Below are positions 1 through 10,742 of a stretch of DNA of 39,849 bases, piece after piece. The notes below the pieces were generated by a model that was not told the DNA's origin, did no database searches, and was given only the letters and a program-made list of their open reading frames with translations. The number at the start of each line of letters is the position of its first letter. Position 1 is the first letter of the stretch. The stretch lies in the NCBI GenBank assembly GCA_937942355.1, contig CALDEW010000101.1:1-39849 (forward strand). The letters are read 5' to 3'. Source of the DNA: an uncultured Pirellulaceae bacterium. GTDB taxonomy: Bacteria > Planctomycetota > Planctomycetia > Pirellulales > Pirellulaceae. Both the position numbers and the translations under genes were made by a program.

Positions 1-957
1 GTAAAACAGTTCGCGTAAACTTCGACCGCCGTACCAATAAGTTACCTTCCGGCCCGTCTTCAAGTTCTTGAACAGCTCAAAGATGTGGCTGCGTAGCGGA
101 GCCATCCCTGCACCACCACCGATGTAAACCATTTCCGCATCGGTATCCTTGATGAAGAATTCACCGTAGGGTCCTGAAATCGTAACCTTGTCACCCGGTT
201 TGAGATTGAAGATGAACGATGACATCTTTCCAGGCGGTGTGCCTTCAGGGGCACGCGGCGGTGGAGAAGCAACACGCACGTTGAGCATGATGATTCCCTT
301 TTCGCCGGGGTAGTTGGCCATCGAGTAAGCGCGAATGACGGTTTCGTCGACTTTGGAAACGTATCGCCAAACGTCGTACTTGTCCCAGTCAGAGTGATAC
401 TCTTCTTCGATGTCGAAGTCTTTGTAATTGACGACGTGAGGTGGTGCTTCGATCTGAATGTAGCCACCGGCGCGGAATGCGACGTCTTCGCCTTCGGGAA
501 GTTCGAGTACCAATTCCTTGATGAAGGTCGCGCGGTTTTCGTTGGAACGAACGGTACATTCCCATTTCTTGGTTTCGAAAGCTTCGTGAGGCACTTCGAT
601 TTCCATATCCTGTTTCACCGCCACCTGGCAAGACAAGCGGCATCCCTCACGCGCCATCTTTTTGTTGATGTGTCCCTTTTCTGTATCGAGAATGTCGCCA
701 CCGCCGGCGTGGACTTTCACCAAGCACTGGGCACAGGTTCCGCCACCACCACAGGCCGAAGAAACGAAAATTTCTGCGTCTGCCAAAGCGTTCATCAATT
801 TGCCACCGGCAGGAACGACGATTTCCTTTTGCCCGTTGACCATGAGTTTGACATCGCCCTCGGCAACCAAAGATTTTCGGGCCACCAGAATCAAACCCAC
901 CAACACTACGACCACAGTAGTGAAGATACCAACGCTGGTTAAAATTAAAGGAATCAT
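1..957 (-). CDS. nqrF: Na+-translocating NADH:quinone reductase subunit F (3' end beyond the window edge)
   Basis: Absent from the ORF track because it has no stop in the window. Translated by hand from ATG at 957: [30 protein letters not shown] (TM anchor), [12 protein letters not shown] and RLSCQ (2Fe-2S), RAYSMAN (FAD), GGGAGMAP and YWYGGRS (NADH). Lies downstream of nqrE. Confidence 0.97.
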   Translation of the reverse strand, partial: MIPLILTSVGIFTTVVVVLVGLILVARKSLVAEGDVKLMVNGQKEIVVPAGGKLMNALADAEIFVSSACGGGGTCAQCLVKVHAGGGDILDTEKGHINKKMAREGCRLSCQVAVKQDMEIEVPHEAFETKKWECTVRSNENRATFIKELVLELPEGEDVAFRAGGYIQIEAPPHVVNYKDFDIEEEYHSDWDKYDVWRYVSKVDETVIRAYSMANYPGEKGIIMLNVRVASPPPRAPEGTPPGKMSSFIFNLKPGDKVTISGPYGEFFIKDTDAEMVYIGGGAGMAPLRSHIFELFKNLKTGRKVTYWYGGRSLRELFY

Positions 958-1066
958 ATCAATTTCGAGTTGTAATGAAGGATTTTTTTAATCGACTCTG
1001 CCGGACTCAGATAACCTCAAGCTGCACTCGCCGCTGATGGACGGCGTTTTGTGCTGATCTATGAAT

Positions 1067-1666
1067 TTAGATTCCGCCAAACGCTTGGAAGCCCAACGCC
1101 ATCAGGCCTACGATGATAAACGTGATTCCAAGCCCACGCAGAGGAGCAGGTATATCGGAGTAACGCAGTTTCTCTCGGATACCGGCCAGTCCAGCGATCG
1201 CTGCCGCCCAGCCAAATCCGCTGCCCAGACCGAACACTACGCTTTCGACGAAGGTATAGTCGCGTTGCTGCATGAACAGGGTTCCACCAAGAATCGCACA
1301 GTTTACGGTGATCAGAGGCAGGAAGATTCCCAGCGAGTTATAAAGTGCCGGGAAGAACTTATCCAACGTCATCTCCAGAATCTGCACCATCGCCGCGATC
1401 ACACCGATGAAACAAATCAGACCTAGAAACTCAAGGTCCGCCGGTACGAAATAAGCACCTTCCTTGAGAATCAATGAATTGATCAGGTTGTTAGTAGGAA
1501 CCGTAATAGTTTGTACCACGATAACTGCGACGCCAAGCATCAAGGCTGTTTTGACATTCTTGGAAACCGCCAAGAAAGTACACATCCCCAGGAAATACGC
1601 CAGGGCCAAGTTATCCACGAACGCAGAACGTAAAAATAGTCTGCTGAGGTCTGTAAACATTTCCAT
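1067..1666 (-). CDS. nqrE: Na+-NQR subunit E
   Basis: [29 protein letters not shown] and GLGITFI motifs; hydrophobic; expected operon position. Confidence 0.97.
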   Translation of the reverse strand: MEMFTDLSRLFLRSAFVDNLALAYFLGMCTFLAVSKNVKTALMLGVAVIVVQTITVPTNNLINSLILKEGAYFVPADLEFLGLICFIGVIAAMVQILEMTLDKFFPALYNSLGIFLPLITVNCAILGGTLFMQQRDYTFVESVVFGLGSGFGWAAAIAGLAGIREKLRYSDIPAPLRGLGITFIIVGLMALGFQAFGGI

Positions 1667-1675
1667 GGTAATACC

Positions 1676-2299
1676 CTACGCCTCTTCTATTTGGTCTGTC
1701 TTCCACATCCGCAACGCGCAGATGAAGAAACCGATAATGAAAAATGCCGATGGTGACAAAAGCATCAAACCATTGGGCTCGTACCAACCCCCGTCGCTTT
1801 GCAGTGGCAAAACGGTAATGCCGAACAATTTTCCGCTGCCAAAGAGCTCTCGAAAGAAGCCAACCACCATCAGGATCAGGCCGTAACCCAACCCGTTACC
1901 GATGCCGTCCAGAAAACTGTCCTTGACGCTGTTCTTCATCGCGAAACCTTCGGCGCGGCCCATCACGATACAGTTGGTAATGATCAAACCAACGAAAACC
2001 GAAAGTTCCTGCGATAGTTTGAACGCGAAAGCTTTTAGCACTTGATCCACCACGATCACCAAAGACGCGATGATGGTCATCTGCACAATGATTCGAATAC
2101 TAGAGGGAATGCGATGACGGATCGCGGCAACCGCAGCACCTGAACAGGCCGTTACCACGATCACAGCGATGGACATCACCAAGGAGGTCGAAAGCTGCGT
2201 CGTAACCGCCAGTGCTGAACAGATTCCCAGCACTTGCAATGCGATCGGATTGTTATCAAAGACCGGATCCATGACCAGGTCGGAATTACTTTTAGCCAT
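1676..2299 (-). CDS. nqrD: Na+-NQR subunit D
   Basis: [18 protein letters not shown] and [15 protein letters not shown] motifs. Start moved to ATG 2299 (MAKSNSD), which has GGAGA upstream and overlaps the nqrC stop. Confidence 0.96.
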   Translation of the reverse strand: MAKSNSDLVMDPVFDNNPIALQVLGICSALAVTTQLSTSLVMSIAVIVVTACSGAAVAAIRHRIPSSIRIIVQMTIIASLVIVVDQVLKAFAFKLSQELSVFVGLIITNCIVMGRAEGFAMKNSVKDSFLDGIGNGLGYGLILMVVGFFRELFGSGKLFGITVLPLQSDGGWYEPNGLMLLSPSAFFIIGFFICALRMWKTDQIEEA

Positions 2300-3176
2300 T
2301 GGTATTGTCTCCTTGGGTAACCATTGAGGTTTCCGCAGAGGTTCCTTTTTTCTGTTTGATGTAAGGGCCAAAACCCTCTTCGCCCAACCAGTATTTCATC
2401 ATATTAGAGACACCCTTGGACGTAATCGTTGCACCGGTCAAAGCGTCGATGCTGTAGTCGTCATCAGGCGCTGATTTGACCACCTGCACTCGCACGTCGC
2501 CGCTGTCTCCGAAGATCTTCTTGCCAGGCCATTGAGCCCGGAATTTCGGGCTTTTGATTTCGCCACCCAAACCCGGTGTCTCCGCATGTTCGTAGAACGT
2601 GAGTCCGGCGACGGTTTGCAGGTCTGGCTCAACCGCCAGAAAACCCTTCATCATCGACCACAGGCCGTAACCGCGAACCGGGAAGACGTACTTTTCGACG
2701 TCGCCGGCTTCCGATTTCAGAATGTAAACGTGAGAAAACTTCTCGCGATACTTGATCCCGACGAGATCTTCACCTTTGGGGATTTGTGCGCTGACCGAAG
2801 GTTTCTTTGACTTCGACGCCCAGACCTGACTGTATTTGGTCAGTGTCTCTTCTGGTGATTCCATTTTTTTACCGGCAGCGCTAAGCGCTTCCATCGCCTC
2901 TTCAACGGCGGGTTGGCCAGTTTCTAGGTCGATGATCTCAACCTCAAAACGTTCGCCAAACAGTTTGTTGATGTCGTCCGCAGAGCCGAGGTCTTCAAAA
3001 CCAGTCACGCTCAGCAGATTCGCCTTGCGATCAAGCGCTACGTTGGCGTCTTGAAGGCTTTTCAAACCGACCGCCGCTGTGGAAACGACCAATGAGCAAA
3101 CCACGCACAAGACCACCGCCAAAATAAGGACGTTTATCGGGGAGTTAATATCTTTTTGCTTTTTATCCTGCTGCAT
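2292..3176 (-). CDS. nqrC: Na+-NQR subunit C (covalent FMN)
   Basis: N-terminal TM helix, [17 protein letters not shown] and the flavinylation motif DALTGAT. Start at ATG 3176 after GGAGGA. Confidence 0.96.
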   Translation of the reverse strand: MQQDKKQKDINSPINVLILAVVLCVVCSLVVSTAAVGLKSLQDANVALDRKANLLSVTGFEDLGSADDINKLFGERFEVEIIDLETGQPAVEEAMEALSAAGKKMESPEETLTKYSQVWASKSKKPSVSAQIPKGEDLVGIKYREKFSHVYILKSEAGDVEKYVFPVRGYGLWSMMKGFLAVEPDLQTVAGLTFYEHAETPGLGGEIKSPKFRAQWPGKKIFGDSGDVRVQVVKSAPDDDYSIDALTGATITSKGVSNMMKYWLGEEGFGPYIKQKKGTSAETSMVTQGDNTNG

Positions 3177-4452
3177 AGCGTGCAGTCCTCCGTTTAATGT
3201 TGGCTTGGACAACGAAGTAATCAATCAGCGGAGCAAACACGTTAGCAAACAAAATGGCCAACATGATGCCTTCGGGAAACGCCGGATTGATGGCTCGGAC
3301 CAATACGGTCAGGAATCCGATAACGAATCCGTAAACCCATTTTCCCGTCGGCGTCATTGCCGCCGAAACAGGGTCCGTTGCCATGAAGACGGTACCGAAT
3401 GCGAATCCGCCAATTACCAAGTGCCACATAGGCCCAAGGTTGGTCACAGGTTCTTCGGTGGGGATCAAGGCAAGCAGACCAGAGAAAGCGAACATGCCGA
3501 ACACGGTACCCGCCATAATTCTCCATGAACCGATTCGAGTCGCGATCAGAACGATGGCTCCAAACAAACAACAGATCACGCTGGTTTCGCCCATCGAACC
3601 GTGAATGTTTCCGATGAAGTAGTCCCACCAAGTCACTCCGGCTTGCGTGGACATCGCTTGCGAGATCTCCGCAGTTGTGCCTGATGCTGCATTTGCAACA
3701 GCACCCAAAATTGTTGGGGCGGTGTATCCATCAACAGCTGTCCAAACAGCGTCGCCGGAAATTTTTGTTGGATAAGCGAAGTACAAAAACGCTCGGGCAG
3801 TAAGGGCCGGGTTGAGGAAGTTCCTGCCCGTGCCGCCAAAAATTTCTTTTCCAACGACAACGCCGAACATAATTCCGACGGCGACTTGCCATAGCGGAAT
3901 CGTCGCCGGCAGCGTCAGCGGAAACAGCATTCCCGTCACGAGGAAACCTTCGTTAATTTCGTGCTTGCGAAGAATCGAAAAGATCAATTCGCAGTGGCCT
4001 CCCACGACCATGCAGACAATGTAGACGGGAAGGAAATACAGGGCTCCATGGAGCATGCACGGCAGAATACTGCCGGGACTAAGAAAGGACCCACGATTGT
4101 AAGTGACGTCGATGCCCAGCGCTTCGAGAACTGAGTAACGCCAATTGCCACTCCATAGTCCTTCGGCAATTGTGAAGCCCGAGGGAACCTCGGCCGCACC
4201 GGCAGCGAAGATCTTTTGGGCTTGAAATCCCGTGTTGTACATCGCCATCAAGATGCAAGGAATCAACGCCACGATGACCATCGTCATCATTCGTTTGGTG
4301 TCGATCGCATCGCGTACGTGCGTGTTACCCTTGGCGACTTCGCCTGGGGTGTACAGAAACGTATCGTTCGCTTCGTACAGAGGATACAGTTTTTCAAGTG
4401 GCCCACCCTTGTGAAAAAGAGGCTCCACCTTGTCCAGCATACTACGCAACAT
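3163..4452 (-). CDS. nqrB: Na+-NQR subunit B
   Basis: [65 protein letters not shown]. Start at ATG 4452 (MLRSMLD), just after the nqrA stop. Confidence 0.96.
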   Translation of the reverse strand: MLRSMLDKVEPLFHKGGPLEKLYPLYEANDTFLYTPGEVAKGNTHVRDAIDTKRMMTMVIVALIPCILMAMYNTGFQAQKIFAAGAAEVPSGFTIAEGLWSGNWRYSVLEALGIDVTYNRGSFLSPGSILPCMLHGALYFLPVYIVCMVVGGHCELIFSILRKHEINEGFLVTGMLFPLTLPATIPLWQVAVGIMFGVVVGKEIFGGTGRNFLNPALTARAFLYFAYPTKISGDAVWTAVDGYTAPTILGAVANAASGTTAEISQAMSTQAGVTWWDYFIGNIHGSMGETSVICCLFGAIVLIATRIGSWRIMAGTVFGMFAFSGLLALIPTEEPVTNLGPMWHLVIGGFAFGTVFMATDPVSAAMTPTGKWVYGFVIGFLTVLVRAINPAFPEGIMLAILFANVFAPLIDYFVVQANIKRRTARYAAG

Positions 4453-4457
4453 GTTCG

Positions 4458-5813
4458 TTATCCCTCTTTTTCGATGAGCGTTAGATTCTTTCGCAGAATC
4501 GAACCGTATTCGTACTTGCCGGGGCAGACATAAGTACATAGTGCGAGATCTTCTTCGTCCAACTCTAACGCACCGAGCGTTTGAGCCAGTTCGGTGTCGC
4601 CAGTTTGGGCACCGACAATAAGCGCTCGCAACAATTGTGTCGGTAACAAGTCCATGGGCATCACTCGTTCATAGGTTCCCACGGGAACCATTGCCCGTTT
4701 ACTGCCGCCAGAACTGGTCGTCAGTGGAAACAGTTTGCCCTTGAGCCATGAACCGCCGTAAATTTTTGTGACAGAGAACTTGTCGAAGCCAGGTTTCTGC
4801 CAGCCCAGAAACTCACGATGTGTGCCTTCTTCAAGCACGGAGATCTGGTTGTCGTAGCGGCCCAAGTAATCAACGACGCCTTCGGCGGTGTGCCCCGAAA
4901 AGACAGAACCGGAAATGACGCGCGCATTATCACCGACGGTGCGACCAGATAGCACATCGGAGATGCTGGCTCCCAGTCGTGTGCGAATCAAATTGGGTTT
5001 GTCGACCAGTGGACCGGCAACTGAGACGACGCGTTCGGTCATCAATTTGCCAGTGGTAAACAAGTGACCGATGGCGATGACGTCCTGATATCCAATATGC
5101 CAGACAGGTCGAGACGATGGGCCGACGGGGTGTAGGAAGTGAATATGCGTTCCGACCAAACCTGCCGGATGAGGGCCCGAGAATTGAGAGAACGTCACGT
5201 TGGGGACGTTGTCGCCTGGCACACGTGAATCATCGCGAGTGCAAACGTAGGTCTTGCCGGTCGTCAGTTGCGCGACGACTTGAAGACCACTGATAAATAG
5301 ATCTTTATTAGCGTCGATCACCAATTCAGGATCCGCAGCCAAAGGATTGGTGTCCATCGCCGTAACGAAAATCGCATCCGCTTCGCTTCCAATGACAGGC
5401 ACTTTGCTGAAGGGTCGCGTGCGAAAGGCTTGGAATAGACCCGCTTTAACCAGCTGAGTTTCGATCGTCTCTTTATTGAGTGCTTTGAGATCGTTGTGCG
5501 AATCAAATTGAATCCCATCGCCGTCCTCGACATCGATGATCATCGATAAGAACTTACGTTTGGCGCCTCGATTCACCTCTCGCACGGTGCCTGTCGCTGG
5601 CGAAACGTAAGTCACACCCTCGTTCTTTTTGTCGGTGAAAACGGGCTGGCCGAGCTGAACTTTGTCTCCGGCGGAAACCAGCATCGTTGGTTTCATGCCG
5701 TGATAATCATCGCCTAATAGAGCGACAGATTTGATTTCAGGTCCTGCTTGGATCGCCTGAACGGGCTTGCCCGCTAGCGGCAGGGTCAGCCCTTTTTTTA
5801 TGGGATGTATCAT
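4458..5813 (-). CDS. nqrA: Na+-NQR subunit A
   Basis: [64 protein letters not shown]. Confidence 0.97.
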   Translation of the reverse strand: MIHPIKKGLTLPLAGKPVQAIQAGPEIKSVALLGDDYHGMKPTMLVSAGDKVQLGQPVFTDKKNEGVTYVSPATGTVREVNRGAKRKFLSMIIDVEDGDGIQFDSHNDLKALNKETIETQLVKAGLFQAFRTRPFSKVPVIGSEADAIFVTAMDTNPLAADPELVIDANKDLFISGLQVVAQLTTGKTYVCTRDDSRVPGDNVPNVTFSQFSGPHPAGLVGTHIHFLHPVGPSSRPVWHIGYQDVIAIGHLFTTGKLMTERVVSVAGPLVDKPNLIRTRLGASISDVLSGRTVGDNARVISGSVFSGHTAEGVVDYLGRYDNQISVLEEGTHREFLGWQKPGFDKFSVTKIYGGSWLKGKLFPLTTSSGGSKRAMVPVGTYERVMPMDLLPTQLLRALIVGAQTGDTELAQTLGALELDEEDLALCTYVCPGKYEYGSILRKNLTLIEKEG

Positions 5814-5908
5814 GCGTTTTGTAGGGTTAATGGCATTACAGAGACCGGGCGATCACCATTAATTACTAGCAACCAACCGGACAACGTATTTTGATTATCT
5901 TATCGACA

Positions 5909-5926
5909 TCGTGAAAATTTTCACAT
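5909..5926. promoter_or_regulatory. Candidate Rex operator upstream of nqrA
   Basis: TCGTGAAAATTTTCACAT has a perfect GTGAA-N4-TTCAC core matching the Rex consensus TTGTGAANNNNTTCACAA; about 100 nt upstream of the nqrA start. Confidence 0.6.
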
Positions 5927-6298
5927 AGTCTTTTTATTAAATCACCGTTAAAAGCGACTTGATTCAACGGCCGAGCGCAGACTTTATTCAAGGGAAGAAA
6001 CTCCCCAGACGTTTGCAGTTAGCGATGAAGTTGCTTCCGTTAGAAACGCCTTCCCTGCGCACGAGCAGCGGATAAGCAGTTCTTGACCGGTGATAGCTTC
6101 CAAGGGAGTCAAAGTAACGCCGTTGGAAAGACTTCTCATTCGCTGGCGGCATCTTATTCAAATGCTCGAAATTCGCAATCATGGCTGTGCGAAAAAGGTG
6201 TTTATCCTGACAAGGCAACACCGAGCGCTTGATAGAGCTTAAGCATTGGAGAAGAAGGGGCAGCAACCGCCGGCAGGTCGGTGAACTACTTAGCCATT

Positions 6299-6328
6299 AT
6301 GACACATCAAAACATGACACATCGAAAC
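6299..6328. repeat. 15-bp intergenic tandem duplication
   Basis: ATGACACATCAAAAC followed directly by ATGACACATCGAAAC. Confidence 0.8.
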
Positions 6329-6377
6329 AACGCAGGCCGGTCGCACCTGAGGGAGCAAAGATTTCAGGTCGTGGCAT

Positions 6378-6998
6378 TTACTTCTTGGCAGTCGCAGTAT
6401 GATCGTGAACGATCTTCCACTGCCGGTAAATGAGTTTCATTACCAATGAGAAATTTCCGTTCACCTTTTTATCGGCCAACTGATGAACGAAACGTCCGGT
6501 GACGAACGCGGATTCTTTGCCGGCCATCTCAGTTTTGAGATCCTTGAATTCAATCGTACCCATTTCTCCTTCGGGATACTTTTTACGATAGTTGGCATAG
6601 GCCATTGCCCATCCAAAAGTTGTGTCGCCGGCTCCGCTGATCATTAACCCTTTGTCATTCCAATAAGCATCCATATATCCATCCAAATCCCCTCGATTCC
6701 AGGCTTTCACTTGCGCCATCAAAACCTTTTCGATTTTCGCTTGGGCTGTTTTGGCTTGAGTCGATTTAGCATCGTCAGCAGCGGTTGTTTTCTTCCCTCC
6801 TGACCCCATGGAAGATTTCGACTCCCTGTCCAAACCACCCGGTGAGTCATTTGCTGTCAGCGACGTCGACGCTTCAGGAGTTCCTGCATCAGTTGAGGTC
6901 CATTGAGCGACCATTGGGGGCAAACGGTCTTTGGCGACGTAAAAGCCCATCCAGGCTAACGCAAACATGATGGCGAACAGGAGAAGGTCGTTTTTCAT
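6378..6998 (-). CDS. Membrane-anchored NTF2-like (DUF4440/SnoaL-like) domain protein
   Basis: Likely start MKNDLLLFAIMFALAW (TM), then an S/T/G/K-rich linker, then QVKAWNRGDLDGYMDAYW...NYRKKYP...GNFSLVM...WKIVHDHT, typical of NTF2-fold proteins. The frame stays open upstream to 7196. Confidence 0.8.
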   Translation of the reverse strand: MKNDLLLFAIMFALAWMGFYVAKDRLPPMVAQWTSTDAGTPEASTSLTANDSPGGLDRESKSSMGSGGKKTTAADDAKSTQAKTAQAKIEKVLMAQVKAWNRGDLDGYMDAYWNDKGLMISGAGDTTFGWAMAYANYRKKYPEGEMGTIEFKDLKTEMAGKESAFVTGRFVHQLADKKVNGNFSLVMKLIYRQWKIVHDHTATAKK

Positions 6999-7208
6999 GG
7001 CTGTCTTCTTTTTACTTTTTGTCTTCTTTGTTTTTTGGCATGGCCGAATAAGTTTTGTCGATGCGGACGTCACTGCATCTACGAAGTCAGTCTTATTGTA
7101 ACCCGGCGGCGCAGTGCCTGCTAAATCCGCTGGTGACAAACCAATGACTCGACCGAAATGCTCCGCTATAAACGCTATAACCATCCCTCGCCGCACTGGT
7201 ACTGGTTC

Positions 7209-8252
7209 TCATCCGATCGAAACACGCTTGCCCGTTCGGGCGGCTTCATAAATCGCCAAAATCACTTCCACGCTTCGTCGTCCTTCTGCGCCATCGATCT
7301 TTAGCGCCGAATTATTGTTGATCGCATTCACAACGTCGGCAAATTGCTTCGCATGGGCCGCGTGCCCAATGGCAGCAGGATCCGCAGCACCACCGCCGGT
7401 CTCAGTCATCGCGGCGTATTTTTCAATGATCGCTTTATCGTCGGCTTTCTCTTGAGCGAACTGCCATGTTTTGATGTCTTCTTCCTCGATCACCGCAGAA
7501 CCTTGGTTGCCATGAATTTCGATCTTTTTAAGCATGCCCGGAAACGCGGCAGTAGTGGCCTCGATGACGCCGAGCGCCCCGTTTTTAAATTTGAGACTCG
7601 CGGTCACGACGTCTTCGACTTCGATTCTCTCATGAGCCAGTGTGGCAGCCTGAGCAGAGACTTCGGCCACATCGCCCATCAACCACAGCAGCAAATCCAC
7701 GCTGTGAATGGCTTGATTCATCAACGCCCCGCCACCGTCGAGTTCCCAAGTGCCTCGCCATTGACCCGAATCGTAATACTCCTGCGTGCGAAACCATTTG
7801 ACGTAAGCATCGCCTAACGTCAACGTTCCGAACCGTCCTTCGTCGATCGCATTTTTTAGCAAGATACTTGAGTCATGAAACCGAGACGGGAAAATCGTAG
7901 AAAGCGTGACGTCATTTTGTTGGCAAGCCTCAATTATTTTATCGCAGCGCTCCGTCGTTACCTCCAGTGGTTTCTCAACGATGACATGCTTTTTTGCATT
8001 GGCGGCGGCAACGGCGGGATCAAGGTGAGCGCCGCTGGGCGTGCAGATGGTAACGACATCGATGGCCGGGTCGGCAAGCATGTCTGCCAGTTCCGCGTAA
8101 GCTTTGCCGCCGTGTTCGGCCGCGAAGGCCTCCGCAGCTTCCATGCGACGGCTCTGGCAGGCGACTAAGTGAGCGCCTTCGATTTCGTTGATGGCTTTCG
8201 CGTGAAAACCGGCGATCATACCGCAGCCGACGATTCCAAATCCGAGTGACAT
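7209..8252 (-). CDS. Gfo/Idh/MocA family NAD(P)-dependent oxidoreductase
   Basis: GIVGCGMIA Rossmann motif, ICTPSGAH, VEKPL, WRGTWELDGGGALMNQAIHSVD. Confidence 0.93.
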   Translation of the reverse strand: MSLGFGIVGCGMIAGFHAKAINEIEGAHLVACQSRRMEAAEAFAAEHGGKAYAELADMLADPAIDVVTICTPSGAHLDPAVAAANAKKHVIVEKPLEVTTERCDKIIEACQQNDVTLSTIFPSRFHDSSILLKNAIDEGRFGTLTLGDAYVKWFRTQEYYDSGQWRGTWELDGGGALMNQAIHSVDLLLWLMGDVAEVSAQAATLAHERIEVEDVVTASLKFKNGALGVIEATTAAFPGMLKKIEIHGNQGSAVIEEEDIKTWQFAQEKADDKAIIEKYAAMTETGGGAADPAAIGHAAHAKQFADVVNAINNNSALKIDGAEGRRSVEVILAIYEAARTGKRVSIG

Positions 8253-8369
8253 TTTTTGGGCCTTATAGGGTTGTGAGAAAGTGATGTCTTGTCCAAGCCC
8301 CTTTTTATGTAAGGGGCGTGATCAGCAATTTTTAACAGATATATCGACGTTGCAATACTCAAATGATGT

Positions 8370-9425
8370 TCAAAAAAAACCAACGACAAAGTCTACGATG
8401 CCTGCGGGGGCAGCAAGGCCCTCTTCACTGAGGCTATCCTCCTGGGGGAAGAAAAGCTGCTCAAGCGTGAAGACGACCATTGAAAATGTGTTAAGCAAAA
8501 AATGGGTGACGATGCACGGTACAACGCTTCCCGTTTGTCGATAAATGTAACATAAACCTAAAGCCAAAAAGAAGATTGGGATCGGAGCCGGCCCTTGGCC
8601 AATATGTACCGCTGCAAACAGTAATGCAACGATAAACACGGGGGCCCAAGTCTTTTGATGTTGGAATTCCGGCTTGCTGGTGTACGTCGAAGCCGAGCTG
8701 GCATACGGGTTCACTTCTTGGGGATCGTCAGCGATGAGGCCTTGTTCAGATTGTGTGGTTTCGGGCCTGACAGTGCCGCCGATCAATCCACCGGCGAAAT
8801 CATTTGGATTCGCGAAACAGCGTAGTAACCATCCCAGCAAAACCACGCGGAACAGCACCTCTTCGCTAACCGGCGCGACAATGGTGGCCGTCCACCAGGC
8901 CGAAACGATCGCCAGCAAAGGGCTATTTGGCGAAGCCATCTCCATCGTCGGGTGCTCATACTCCCAGAAGTTCGTTAGCACGGCCTGCAGCAACAACATC
9001 GGCGGAACGAATAATAGGAAGCCATAAAATCCTAATTTCAGATCTTGAATCAAAGATCCGGGTTTCAGCCCCGCAGCTCGAACGTCACCGTAGCGATTCG
9101 CTAGATACCACAACGTGAGCCCGGCTGCGATAAATTGAGCCGTGCCAGCTGAAAAGTTGATCACGGTCATGTGCTCAAGATCTTCAAAATCAAACTCCCG
9201 TATGCCCGTCAACAGCGCTGATAGTGACAAAGCAAACGCTTGGCTGGATACCGTAATCAGAATTGCGGCAACCACATCAAGGAACCCCAAGGGAGCGATT
9301 CTCGATGCGCTTGGGGACAGGCAGTGAGGCCGGCTGTTTTTGTGCGCGTTAATAATTCGCCACCACATGGCAATGGAGGCTGCTATCAGAACAACCACTA
9401 CCAGGGAGCTTAAAAAATCTGCCAT
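8370..9425 (-). CDS. CPBP/Abi (CAAX-type) intramembrane metalloprotease
   Basis: Multi-pass membrane protein with APVSEEVLFR (EExxxR), LFAAVH and THFLLN motifs. Confidence 0.88.
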   Translation of the reverse strand: MADFLSSLVVVVLIAASIAMWWRIINAHKNSRPHCLSPSASRIAPLGFLDVVAAILITVSSQAFALSLSALLTGIREFDFEDLEHMTVINFSAGTAQFIAAGLTLWYLANRYGDVRAAGLKPGSLIQDLKLGFYGFLLFVPPMLLLQAVLTNFWEYEHPTMEMASPNSPLLAIVSAWWTATIVAPVSEEVLFRVVLLGWLLRCFANPNDFAGGLIGGTVRPETTQSEQGLIADDPQEVNPYASSASTYTSKPEFQHQKTWAPVFIVALLFAAVHIGQGPAPIPIFFLALGLCYIYRQTGSVVPCIVTHFLLNTFSMVVFTLEQLFFPQEDSLSEEGLAAPAGIVDFVVGFF

Positions 9426-9436
9426 TAATCCTGAAC

Positions 9437-10120
9437 CTAAGCCGACTCGTTAGAAGACAAGTTCAAAAGTTTCGCAGCGATTTGAACATAGTTCCACCCT
9501 GACTGCACGGTTGACCACAAAGAAAGCCAAATGAATACGATCATTGTGTACCAGATCCAAGCCGGAACTGAAGCGGCGGCGGACTGATTCGCCGCTGCTG
9601 CTGCTTCAGCGGAATTATTATAGATCAACGCCAACAAGCAACTTACAACGGCGATACACTGAAACCACATCTTCAACTTGCCTGCCATGTTCGCAGAGAA
9701 GTCTCCGCCGCTACCTTCTACCATGGATCGAATGACGGTAACCAAAAGTTCTCGACCTACGACGATGATCGCCATCGAGCCCATGATGCGCGCGTACCAC
9801 GGGAACGCGGGTGACTGATTCGACATCTCCAGAGCCAAAAGCAGGTACGTTCCGCAGATCAATATCTTGTCACAAAACGGATCGAGGATGCGGCCCAATT
9901 TTGTCACTTGATCGTATTTTCGAGCGTACCAACCATCCATCCAGTCGGTGCCCGCAGCGATTAGGAACAGGACCAAGGCGACTTGGTAGAAACCCGCTTC
10001 GAGAAACGCGAAAACTCCAACGGCCAAAACAAGTCGAGCAGCGGAGATTTTGTTGGGTACGTTCCACACGGTACTTGACGGTGTCGATTGCGTTTCAGAT
10101 TCGTTGGTGGTCTGATTCAA
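9437..10120 (-). CDS. pgsA: CDP-diacylglycerol--glycerol-3-phosphate 3-phosphatidyltransferase
   Basis: NVPNKISAAR, TDWMDGWYARKYDQVTKLGRILDPFCDK (CDP-alcohol phosphotransferase motif), GRELLVT, GKLKM. Start uncertain: TTG 10120 after GAGG is preferred, and the frame is open to 10180. Confidence 0.9.
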   Translation of the reverse strand: MNQTTNESETQSTPSSTVWNVPNKISAARLVLAVGVFAFLEAGFYQVALVLFLIAAGTDWMDGWYARKYDQVTKLGRILDPFCDKILICGTYLLLALEMSNQSPAFPWYARIMGSMAIIVVGRELLVTVIRSMVEGSGGDFSANMAGKLKMWFQCIAVVSCLLALIYNNSAEAAAAANQSAAASVPAWIWYTMIVFIWLSLWSTVQSGWNYVQIAAKLLNLSSNESA

Positions 10121-10251
10121 GATTTGGGCCCTCTGGCAATGGTCGCTGCGACTAACGGCTTTCATTCTAAGGGACAGCATCCAAATAGATATCTTCGAAG
10201 GTAACGAAGGCGCTTAATTCTTGTGATTTCTGAGTTAGAAAAGCTGCGTCG

Positions 10252-10683
10252 TTAGGTTGGCGACTTCTCCAGAATCACTTTCCAAGTCAGACCGAATCTG
10301 TCGGTCACGATTCCATATCGCTGAGCAAAGAGAGTTTCGGTCATGGGCATTTGCACGTTACCGCCAGCAGATAGCCGAGCGAAGAACTGTTCGGCTTGGT
10401 CAGCGTCGTCGGCGCGAAGCGCCAACGCGAACCCGGTAAAAGCCACTGGACTTGGATCGCTCCCGCCGCTGGTACAGCCAACGTCACTGGCCATGATTTT
10501 TGTTGAACCAACAACGAAGGTAGCGTGGAAAACTTTGCCAGCCAATTCTGGGGCGGTTTTGAACTCGTCCACAGAATCGCCGAAACGTGTGAGGTGAACA
10601 CACTCAGCGCCGATTGACTCACAATAAAAATCGACCGCCTCTTCGGTCCGCCCGAAGAAGTTCAGAGTGATATCCACGTCCAT
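10252..10683 (-). CDS. VOC/PhnB-like (glyoxalase superfamily) protein
   Basis: LNFFGRTEEAVDFY, VFHATF, IMASD, GGNVQMPMTETLFAQRYGIVTDRFGLTW. Confidence 0.9.
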   Translation of the reverse strand: MDVDITLNFFGRTEEAVDFYCESIGAECVHLTRFGDSVDEFKTAPELAGKVFHATFVVGSTKIMASDVGCTSGGSDPSPVAFTGFALALRADDADQAEQFFARLSAGGNVQMPMTETLFAQRYGIVTDRFGLTWKVILEKSPT

Positions 10684-10742
10684 CGCTGATCAACCGAATC
10701 GTCTTAAAAGTTAACGTGGTGTGGCAAACCAGCGGTTTCATT

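Noticed and set aside
60-991. Several ORFs (60-467, 389-643, 394-942, 662-991)
   Set aside because: All overlap the real nqrF frame, which the track omitted because it has no stop in the window
5988-6266. 92-aa ORF upstream of nqrA
   Set aside because: TTG start, no family motifs and atypical composition; cannot be supported
6999-7196. N-terminal extension of the NTF2 protein containing DAVTSAS, which resembles a flavinylation motif, near the nqr operon
   Set aside because: It lies upstream of the likely start and would be cytoplasmic, before the TM helix, out of reach of ApbE; probably chance
8297-8317. GCCCCTT/AAGGGGC hairpin between the CPBP and oxidoreductase genes
   Set aside because: No adjacent U-tract on the coding strand, so it was not called a terminator
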